From contig OZ320316.1 in the NCBI GenBank assembly GCA_976226885.1, positions 77,004,001 to 77,068,000 on the forward strand: DNA of 64,000 nucleotides, written 5' to 3'. Shown one piece after another: positions 37,149 to 47,300 of the stretch (positions are counted from its first letter, which is position 1; every line of letters begins with the position of its first letter). Below the pieces are notes generated by a model. It was given only the letters and a program-made list of their open reading frames with translations, was not told where the DNA came from and ran no database searches. The position numbers and the translations under genes are program-made. This stretch comes from Iphione sp. A-MEVVRFRX5 (taxonomy: Eukaryota).

Positions 37149-37199
<51 letters not shown>
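37149..37199 (+). repeat. A51 homopolymer inside the retrotransposon
   Basis: Read directly; preceded by (CA)n. The length may be a sequencing artefact. Confidence 0.9.
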
Positions 37200-37201
<2 letters not shown>

Positions 37202-37336
37202 TGGGGTGAGTGGATATGTATCTCAGAAACCCATTTAGCAACCCTACCAGACCCTCTAGCCTGGATGTACATTTGTCATTGAGATGAGCTGACCACACAC
37301 ATATTTAGAAAATTTGTCAAAATTGGCCCTACTTAC

Positions 37337-37435
37337 ATGTCAATGGATGGGCGAAACTTTCAAAATTCGGGTGACAGGCTCTCCAAACTTTGGGGAGGCA
37401 GGCCGGGCCGGCGGCGGGGGAGCGATGGAGATCGA
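37337..37435 (-). other. Antisense accessory gene, upstream exon (mostly 5' UTR; ends in AT, completing ATG on splicing)
   Basis: Acceptor ccactccag, donor gtaagt; exon end ...GACAT joined to the next exon's G TTC CCC gives ATG. A further gtgagt donor lies at 37490. Confidence 0.5.
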
Positions 37436-38009
37436 CTGGAGTGGCGGCGAGCCGGATAACAAGGAGCGAGCGACGACAACAGCTACTCACAGCGACTTTC
37501 GGGCTCAGAATGATGAAAAATTCGCGGTGACGACATCAAACTTCGTGATATGACGTTGCTGGCACGAGGTTGAGATGGAGACAGCCCGAAAAGATCGAAA
37601 GGAACAGTTTGAATGGGTTTTCGTTCCACGATGACGCACGGTGGAACGGAGCCCGAAATGAGCCCGAAATTTTACGACACTCCATATTTGGGAACGTCGT
37701 TTGCGACATCTGTACCCACCTGCAGCAGCGTTTTCGGGGAAGAACGAGCCGGCGGGAACAGCACCCAAAGAGCGAGGAAAAGGTTGTTCGACCCGAAATT
37801 TGGTGGGGAGCGACCCGAAGTTGGAAGGTCGAGGCCACGGGAGCAACGGGTCGGTGAGGACGGACGATTACGAGAAACATTTGGTGGGGAGCGACCCGAA
37901 GTTGGAAGGCCGAGACCACGGGAGCAGCGAGTCGGCGAGGACGGACGACTACGAGAAAGATTTCAACCGGCCCGAAACTGGTGAGAAACGACCCGAAGTT
38001 GGAGTGAAC
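37340..38009. promoter_or_regulatory. CpG-rich, putatively bidirectional internal promoter region
   Basis: Lies between the divergent antisense gene and ORF3; 11 CCCGAA/TTCGGG hexamers in about 630 bp; 81-bp tandem duplication (about 37800-37960). Confidence 0.45.
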
Positions 38010-39494
38010 ATGTCTCGTCGGCTACTGGACCCGGATGAACCCATCCCAGAAGGCAAGATATTGTGCCCACCGTGTTTAGTGAGGGGACTTAGACGGGTGT
38101 GTTCTGGGAAGAAGGGTCTCAGGCGTCATCTGTTGGAGCAACACAGGGGGAAACGCAGAAAACCTATGGCATGCCTGTTCTGCCGGTCCTCCCACTGTGA
38201 CAACCATTCGTGGCTGACCCACACTCGTCGACACCATCAGTGGGCAGTCGAGTTGCACCTCACGGATGAACCATACCGTTCACTGTTTCATCTAGTGTAC
38301 AGGGAGAGAGTAGAGGCAGATGCTCCAGACGATCAGGTAGCGCGGGCAATCATAGCGGCACGAGAATATTGGAAGAGAAGACAGAAGGTTACCAAGGAGA
38401 TGATGATCCGCCTACTGAGAGAAGCTGAAGAGTCCCTGAGAGATGACCAGGCGAGGGCACCACCGCCTGGGAGAGAGCCCGAGACATTGCCGGCACCTAC
38501 CGGTCCAGTTGCCAGGTCTCAGTCTACTGGCTCACCGACATCCCCTGTACCAGCTGTGGGTCCCACTGGGGCTCGTAAGTTCAAGTCAACCAAGGCAAGG
38601 GGACCAGCGGCTGTGAAAAGCGAGACTGCGACAACAGCCCCCGGGCAGCCAACACCGTCTACATCAACTGCAGGCTCCTCTGCCACCCAGGGATTTAGGC
38701 CCCTCGAACCGAAGGGATCGCCAGCCACGAAGCACGGGGCCGTGGCAACGCCTGCTCCACTGACCCAGACCCCCATAAAGGTTGATAGTGCCAGGACGAC
38801 CTCCCCCGGTCGCAAGAGGACCAGGGTGGCCTTACAGACCGCCACGGGCGAACGGGCTCTTCCCGACAACACGACAGCACGACAACAGGTCCCAGCCGAG
38901 GGACAGCCAGCTACGTTTGTCCCCGAGGAAGACTCGATCATCAGCATGCTGAGGGGGGAGATGACCGGCGACGATCCGAGAAGAGAGAGGGCGAGGGCCC
39001 TACTGGACGGAAGAATTCCCCCATATCGGGCGGCGATGCGTGAGCGGCCCACATCCTCCACTATACGCCTTCCCCAGCGAATCATCTGGCCTCCAAGGGA
39101 CTGGGACCAGGCCGATGGGGGCTCACGATTCCTGTGTAGCCTCAGCGTGGCATGGACCCTACACATGGCCGAGGACAGAGTGATGCCAACAGACAGGCTG
39201 GGACCCCTCCGGGACAGACCATTCCTCTTGCTGCCAGGCATGTCTTACCCCACGGATGACCTGTGGGGCGATCCCGCATCACTGGGGACAGAGCACGATG
39301 ACATTATCCAGCAGGTACAAGGGTTGCTTAGGACAGGAGACCGGCCACCAGCGTCGACGGTTACATTGTGGGATGCCCAGGCCGACGAAGCGAGACGACA
39401 CCTCACCAGGGTGAACCCCGCCGTGCTGGACCTTTGCCGAACAGGCCCCCCTCTCTCCCGCCCCCTCACCTTGAGAGATTACTGGGCACTGTAG
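38010..39494 (+). CDS. Accessory ORF3 (494 aa from the first ATG): two C2H2-type zinc fingers, low-complexity linker, C-terminal domain of unknown type
   Basis: CPPC-X17-H-X4-H and canonical CLFC-X12-H-X3-H (38064-38237); basic clusters RGKRRKP and PGRKRTR; no signal peptide or TM segment; frame open back to a TTG at 37701. Confidence 0.85.
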   Translation: MSRRLLDPDEPIPEGKILCPPCLVRGLRRVCSGKKGLRRHLLEQHRGKRRKPMACLFCRSSHCDNHSWLTHTRRHHQWAVELHLTDEPYRSLFHLVYRERVEADAPDDQVARAIIAAREYWKRRQKVTKEMMIRLLREAEESLRDDQARAPPPGREPETLPAPTGPVARSQSTGSPTSPVPAVGPTGARKFKSTKARGPAAVKSETATTAPGQPTPSTSTAGSSATQGFRPLEPKGSPATKHGAVATPAPLTQTPIKVDSARTTSPGRKRTRVALQTATGERALPDNTTARQQVPAEGQPATFVPEEDSIISMLRGEMTGDDPRRERARALLDGRIPPYRAAMRERPTSSTIRLPQRIIWPPRDWDQADGGSRFLCSLSVAWTLHMAEDRVMPTDRLGPLRDRPFLLLPGMSYPTDDLWGDPASLGTEHDDIIQQVQGLLRTGDRPPASTVTLWDAQADEARRHLTRVNPAVLDLCRTGPPLSRPLTLRDYWAL

Positions 39495-39694
39495 ACGCCT
39501 ATTATACAAGTTTAGCTAGTTTTAAGTTAGTTAGGTGGACTGTTTGAATCGTTAACAAGGTTATTGAAAACGGAAGGAGATTATTTGGTACTAGGACTTT
39601 TTCTCTTGGAAAACAATGCTGGAGCTCCGCGAGGGAAAGACACCATAAGGGGGTGAGTACAGATCTTTTTTTTTGTGAGCCCATGCCTGGGATT

Positions 39695-39707
39695 AAGCAG
39701 GGGAGAG
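39695..39707 (+). promoter_or_regulatory. Polypurine tract
   Basis: AAGCAGGGGAGAG immediately before the TG of the 3' LTR. Confidence 0.92.
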
Positions 39708-40293
39708 TGTAGGCTAAAGCCTAGGTTTAGTTACACTGCTAGTAGCAGGGGTCATTGAGTGCAGAACTTGGGGTCAATGAGTGCAACTTCTGATGCCACT
39801 GTCATGTACCATCTGAGGTCAATGAGTGCATTCTGGTGACCTCATGGAAATTTCCACTACTGTGTTAATGTGATGTGATTGGTTGATGGACTAGTGGAAA
39901 TTTCCACTACTAAGGTGTGATTCTCTGATTGGCTGGTGGGAGATCACCCCACCTGCCCATATTAGGTAATAGAGTTATGATTGGTCACTGAGAGATCACC
40001 CCATATTTCCTAATATGGGGGGAGCTCTCTGATTGGTGGAAAACATTCTATAACTTGTTACTTTGTATCTTTTATAAGGAAAAGTGTACTGATTGGCTAG
40101 AAACATTCTTTCTGACATGATACATTGTTACAATTAATGGAACTACATTCTGATTGGTTAATCGGTGAGGCTAGGCCTCTGATTGGTGGAATGACACTCA
40201 GAAGGGATATATAAACGGTGGTTTTGGAAGGAAATAAACAGTTTGGAACCAGCAATTGTGGTGTTCACAGCAACTTTATTGGTCCACTTTACA
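39708..40293 (+). repeat. 3' LTR (586 bp)
   Basis: No difference from the 5' LTR by eye; followed by ATAT. Confidence 0.97.
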
Positions 40294-43200
40294 ATATACA
40301 TTATTACTCTCGCCAGTCGTGCTGCGGTTAGTGCACAACATACATCACATCGGAGGCACAAACTCCGCCAGCAGCTGGGAGTGGTCGATAGGGATCTGCT
40401 GTTGAGTGGTCTAACCTTGTCGTTCTCCCACCAAAAGCGAATATAAAGGCTCCTCAACTGCAAACAAAGTCCGGTCGTATGAGATATATACAGCGAGCTG
40501 GGATGGGCGATCTGGTGCCGCGGTCGCCAAGCCCTACTTTTTTACGGGCGTGTGCGGCGAGTGATGTGAACGTGGTGCGGCTGATGCCGGCCGGCCGGCT
40601 ATCGTGGACCTATCGTGTCTTGGCACTAGCCACGCAAGGGCCGGGGCGGCTCAGCAACCGGCAACAACACCTGTTATAGCCGGTCACCGTTGGATCACCA
40701 AGCCCCAACCCACCCCAACACCTCCCACCATCCCAATCGTCGCGCGTCGTCATAGCGGTATAACTTTCCCATCGTGGAAACAAAAGATGGACCATGCTGA
40801 CATTCCTTTACCGCGTTGATACGGTCAGAATCCTTTTCCCTGGGTGTGATACTTATATAATCAGAGCGCATATGGCTATCACGTAAACATGACATCTGTG
40901 GAGAAATTACCCGTAATGCTGTAAGAATCATGTAATTATATCGCAACGATTTAGCGGGCCCCAGTTCGTGAAATTGAAACTTTACCGTCCAGCTCACGCA
41001 AAATGGAAATATGAAATTGGCAATTTTCCCAGGGAAAAAAAGACGATGTTGCCTGGCACAAACGCAATAAAACATACAATGTAATGCACTGTTCGGACAA
41101 ATTACATATATAACTCATTTCAACACGTAAATACATATACATTCATTGTAGATTTCAAAACGCCTTCAGCTTTCGTATTTTGAGAGGCGTTAACGTTCGA
41201 TTTTATATCAACGTGCTATATATTCAGGAGAGCCCGAACCTGATTGGTCTGTAATAATCACCAAAGAGCTTTCTACAAGAACTCAAGTTCCAGTTTTCCT
41301 CGCCTGATGAGATCAAAGGACTGGCCGACATGCGGTAGATATTGACCTCGTGTTGCCCCCCATTCATGAAGTCGGCAATCCGGGTACTTGTGGCGAGCAA
41401 GGTGTAAACAAAGAGTTGTCAAAGCAATTTTCATACAGATTTCAATGGTATCATATGAATCCATTGTGAAAAATGTTTAGGTTTATCCTTAATCTAATGG
41501 ACCACATTAGTGTTTAGATAAAAATCCTCTGTTAAAATTTCTAATTTAGCAAAAACCCTACAGAGGTGAAAAGTGGGTGATAATCAGGGAGTTTCTGCAT
41601 ATTCTAATGTGAAATCTAAGGCCTGGTGAAAACACACTGATAATAATTTTGACATATGAACTCTATCTACAGGTAGTTCTAGGTGTGTTTTCATTATAAT
41701 ATCAGAGTTGGCATTGAAATCATTGCCAAATGATTATTATAGACATAAACATTATAATGACTCAAAGAGAGAAGCCCACTACCTTTCACCTCCACCCCAG
41801 GCAAACTGACCTACATTTGACTAAGGGTACCAGGCTTATCAGCCACTGTGACGTCATTCCCACTTCAAGAATTGTCAAGCTAACGCATCCATACTGTTAT
41901 CTCTATGTGTATGCCCCATCGGTCGTCAGAGATTGTCGGTGTGACATTTCAACAAAGTTTCTTTCCATATTACTGAGCATTTAATTGGTCTCTGTCATCT
42001 TTGAATGTTTATTTCCGTGAAAGAACGTTAGGAACAACGCCAATATATGTCGGTGGCATCCTGTAGTGTTCCCTTTTTTGCGTGTCCACCTATGTTGGAC
42101 AATATTTGTAAGTCTTTTATAACTCTTTTTTCCTTCCAAAGAAGCCAATGAAAGACATTCATCTGGACGCGATCCTCGATAGGAATAACAGTTGAAAGTC
42201 AGACGTGATACGAATTAATATATCTTCATGACACGGTAGAGCGAACAACGAATGTATTGTACCTAAGCAGGATTCTGCTTTACAAAAAGCTTCCTAACTA
42301 TACAACTTTGATAAAGGAAAAACGTATTCAAATAACGTAGTGTGGCCGTAGATACTGACCTATTTATATACATTATAAATGGGATGGCCTAAAATTTCTA
42401 CTTGTTTTTCCTCGTGGCTGACACGAAATAATGGCGACCGTATGCCACATATCTAGGAATGACAGCCCTGAAAATAACCTTCCAAGTTATATAGATATTG
42501 CCATAATGTAAATCCTACTCACATTCTGAATTCGTGACCAGTGGCTGACTTTGACAAGCAAACACACAGCCATTTACGCGTTCAGTATTTTAGGGATGAT
42601 TTCATTTATATATATATACGTGTTACAGCTTTTTATTCTATAGGTTTAGCTGAGCATCTGACAATTAAGAAACGCAAGGTGGAATAAATTGGTGTATAAC
42701 AATGCAATTATTTTTGCGTGGGCCGATACTTTTACATTTGAAATCTAGGCCACCTACGGTAACATGGTGGTTCAGCTGTGAGTCAGTTTTGAAAAGTGTT
42801 TTCCCTCTAGTCTGCTTTTCATTTTCAAACATTGGACGCTGGTGTTATCTAAAAGCAGGACTGGTAAACACGGCGTGAGAGCATGTTTGTCCAGACTTCT
42901 CCTTAAAAAATCCTGGTGACATATTTAACAACTCGGCGTCTCTCTGTTGAGAAGCGGCCCGTGTTAAGTACTACATTAAATTAACATCAAGAATTATACG
43001 GGTCATGTTTACTTCGAAAAGACAACGGTATCGATATCTTTCCTTTTTTTGTCTTGAAAACAATATCATAGCACTCTGAGGATGTACAGTCAACAATTTT
43101 TGTCACGACTTGGCATTAACTGAGGACCATGGCCGTCTATTTACAGAGATCGATACAAATGTAGATAAGGTACACAAAGATATCAGTTTGCAACGAGACT

Positions 43201-44289
43201 GTTTACCAGACGTTGAAAAAACTATCGATTAACAGATTTCGTTTTGAGGAAGCGCGTAATATCGGCAAGAAGGCACCTTATTACGCCCCTAGCTTGTGCT
43301 GCCACCTATCGTTTGCTCACTGGACAATCTGTTCCGACCTCCCAATCCATTTGCCTAAAGTGTGACTGTATATGATCAGGTTACATAACAAAAGAAAGAG
43401 TATTACAACGAAGAAAAAAAATCCCCATACAAGAAAAGGCGTCAATGGTCATTTTGCGTATTTTTGAGAAGCAGTACATGATTTTCACGTTTTTTGTGTG
43501 TGTGTGTGTCGAGTTTTCATATGTACGTAGACACTTGTGTTACATCACACTCACACATGACAAAGGCGCTTGTATAGTCATCCCAAGCATTTATAGCGAA
43601 ATTTCCATGCACGCATGTTGGCATATTGCTGTGTTTGGAAGCATGTTTTCACTGTGAAAAATTATTACTTTGTTGATCCAATAACTGCTCTATACATTCA
43701 CTGTGTATACATTTTACACAAGTCCATAATGATAGTCTCCTCAAAACACACTAAAAGCACATGCTACATTGATGACACAATGTGACAATTCCCATTCCAA
43801 ATACATGGAACACTCCTACATGTAACACGCTTGACGCCGCATGCTTTCATGGAAACATTCGTGTATATTCATGATTTTAAAGAACACATGGCAAATAAGC
43901 TTACACGCCTAACAGTGACATACATGCATGGAAATTGAACATTAGGGTGAGTTTATTATTGCTGAAACCTGAGTATTTTTCTTCTGCATAGTTCGTATGT
44001 TACAAAATGAAGCTGATGAAAGGGCCTATCGTTGGCGTCAGTCTTGCATGATATCACAAAGACTGGCGGTAGGGTCCTACATGTGAATGTCAAAAACATC
44101 CTAAAGAAATGTGGAGACTCACTAATCTGGTCACCATTGGTTCCACTTGATCGGAGCTGGAATAGCAAATAAGACGCTGGTCCCTTTTCAACTGGCTAGA
44201 TTAGTGAGATGGCCTGGTTACTGAAGTGAACGCATCCCCAGGGTTCACTGTTATTTCTTCCAAATGTTGTTAATTGGGGATGGACTCAC

Positions 44290-44385
44290 CTGCAACTCTT
44301 CGAACAGCTGCACAAGCCTTTGTCGGTCCTGCTGTTTGGGTGGGATCTCTTCAATGCGAAACCGGTTGAAATCAGACAACTGGGA
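44290..44385 (-). CDS. shot/MACF1/DST: Spectraplakin exon (last traced exon upstream of the 20-kb retrotransposon-containing intron)
   Basis: SQLSDFNRFRIEEIPPKQQDRQRLVQLFEELQ; strong polypyrimidine acceptor, donor gtgagt; 96 nt, phase 0/0. Confidence 0.9.
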
Positions 44386-47300
44386 CTAGAAATAGAAAAA
44401 GAAAGGGTTTTATAGCACAAAGTTCATGACCGCATGCTAGATACGTAGTTTAGATTATGGTTGAACTTATGATTCAACCGGTGTGGTATATCTCTGTTAA
44501 CGAATCGTCTAAGCACGAATCGGCTTGACCTTATTAGTGAATGTCTAACCAAAAATCTGAGAAAATCATTTTTAACAGCATATCCTGATAGCAAATTTTC
44601 CCACAGCGAAGTGGTATGATGGAGCGCATCTACTTCGTTAACGGAGGTATGCCAGTATGGTGGGTATCTTATACAATCAAAAAGAAAACAAGTGAACCGA
44701 AGAGAACCGGAGCTGAGCTGGTGACGCTTTAATTCACAATCTAATGACATCACACCGTGTGTACATGTACTCCATCAATGTCTGATGATGAGGAATGGAA
44801 AGCAGTAAAACAAGCAAGCGTCAGTGCATTGAGACTATAGAAAACACATCCTCGAACTTTCTAATTAACGGCAAATAATAACGCATAAAAACACACCTAT
44901 GTTCTAACCCATGTACATTCCATGGCCGATTTTGTCACTTCAAGGTGTGTTGCGGATGAGTAGATCAGTATGACATCCGTCCAAGGTTTTATTTCTATTT
45001 TTTAGTTCAAATATATTTAGATTGTCAAATGTACGCTTTGTTATAGTTTGAGCCATTTCAGCTACGGCTACTGCTGAATGATGCCCATTCAGTCTGGTAA
45101 GTTACTATTAACTAATTCTGTCATTCTGCCACGGGTTCAGTGTAGTAAACAAATCAATATACTGTATTTGCTCAAGGGTGGGCGAAAGAGGTCTACTTAG
45201 TGGTATATAATATCCATCAGTATTGCCTGTCAGCGTCAGATAATCTCAAGGGAGGGAGGGAAAGGTGGTGCGTATGTGAAGTGGAATGTAACTGTTTTTT
45301 TCTGACCTGTGGGGGCAGACGAACTTGCTGACCTAACCTAATCTGACCTTGGCTTCCAGTGGAACTCAGACCACAGAATTACTTGACTGACTCATTGCCT
45401 ACAAAAAACACCAGATATTTGAGCAAGACTACATGCAACAGGGACACGGACAAGGAAAACATATATACACATGTATATAATCGGAGACAAATGTGGCTTT
45501 TTATCCTGCAGATTTGATTACGGCAGACAGAGCCATGTAAAAGGAACAAGTGTGCTATATTACCAATAACACAGATGTTATGAACATTTCTCTGCATCTT
45601 ATCAGCCGAAAAGCAGACGGAGAAATAAGACTTCCCAGTGTCGTTCCATTAAGTTGTAGTAACAATAATCTTTTCAGTTTTGAATTTAGAAATACGAGTT
45701 ATTCTTGAACTGTGAAAAAAACAACCGATGACTGACGTGGAAATGCCAGACAATAGTCCTTATTTGACTGGATGTATATATACATGTATATAGTTACTAT
45801 CTTTTGATACAAAACCTGTAGTGACTTTTTGCTAAAGGAACATTGATGCAGGGAGCATGTTGGACAGGGCACACCGCTTACATTCTCTATTTCCACTTGA
45901 CAGAGAGCCGGGGACAACAACATTGACCTTACAAACGATTAGGTCTCCAGCCGGAGGGCGCTGACGTTTGCTATCGGTGCACAAGCTGCCGTGTTGTGTG
46001 TGGAATTCCTAGTGGGCCATGATACTATGTACAGAGAACGTGAATACTTCATATGCATTGATGGCGCTGTCTAAACCCTTTGGCCTTTGAAATGCTGCGA
46101 AAAATATCTCCCATAAAACTGCTTTTTAGATCTCATTTTCCACATGATAGAAGCTACATTCCCCTGCGCATTTCTGGGCGGAGCCTAAGGGTGGTATTCT
46201 CCTCTCATTTTTTTGGTATTAGGTCCTATTTTCTTTGTAGACTTTGGGGAACCCTGTGACGTGAAAGTCATACCAAGAAGCCTCCGACACATACAACAGT
46301 GTATCCTGGCTAAACAAGAACGTATTGTCGGCGCGAGGGATTCTTCCCCCCTTCCTCCTACCTCCCACTTTAGGTTATACACACAATAAGCTTGGAGAGG
46401 AGCCAAGTTTCCCGTGGATAATATTGTGACTCCGCTATATACTGTAGACATATACCTATTTACAGTACAGTACAAATCGTATCGCAAGTGTCGTATTGTC
46501 CTGAATAATAAATGGAAACAACTGTAATCTGCTGATGTAGTTTTATGTATTTCTACAGATGGTATGCCAACACCTTTAAAAACAACGTGGCTTCAAAATG
46601 TTGCGTGGCCATTTCTGAGACACTTCCCATAATGGTAACCATATGTCTATGCCTATCGTTCTCTCTTGTACCTCCTGATGTTCGTATATAATGCCTGTCA
46701 CTCCCTCTTGTACGACCTGCAGTTTGTATATATATGTTAGAGCTGAGCAGATCTGCCCTCAAAAAGAGAACAGGACCAGTAACAATTGGGTCCTTCCCCT
46801 TGGCAATGGTGTAGAGTTGAGAAGATAGTGAACCCGACCCGACCTTTCCCCCTCATTTTTTATCAGTCTGGATGGCAATCAAACAGTTCTCCATGGTAAT
46901 CTAAACGGCTAAACTGTACACGTTTCCTGCGCTTACTAGACCTATAGATATATGTACATGCATCCTACTTCGGATGTGGGTGGATTTGTTTGTGGCTACT
47001 GGACGAACCGCGGGGGAAATTATCACAATGCCTCGCCAGTGAGTCACGCTGTCGATGCTTAAAGCTTCTGTCCGCTTGGAACTGGTTCAAGCAAACGTTT
47101 ACCTCAAGAAGTTCAAACTCGATTCGGGAAAATAAACTTCGTCGAAGTACTTCCACTTCCCGAGGCCATTATACAGCCTGTATGTAGCATATAATACACA
47201 TTTTTTTTTGGTCGTATGAGTTGTACTTGTTATTGCCAAAGTAGACAGTTTTATGGGTCTGCCAGTATATCACAACTCCCATTATTAGCACCATGAAAGC

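Larger units (their letters stand above)
28782..40293 (+). mobile_element. Full-length Ty3/Gypsy LTR retrotransposon (11,512 bp) with a large accessory 3' region
   Basis: TG...CA LTRs of 586 bp, ATAT target-site duplication (28778-28781, 40294-40297), primer-binding site, polypurine tract, gag, and pol in PR-RT-RH-IN order. Confidence 0.98.

Noticed and set aside
37701-39494. ORF3 as a retroviral env gene, or starting at TTG 37701
   Set aside because: There is no signal peptide, furin site with fusion peptide, or TM anchor. The upstream extension has no ATG and overlaps the promoter-like repeats, so ATG 38010 is preferred, though a longer form is not excluded.
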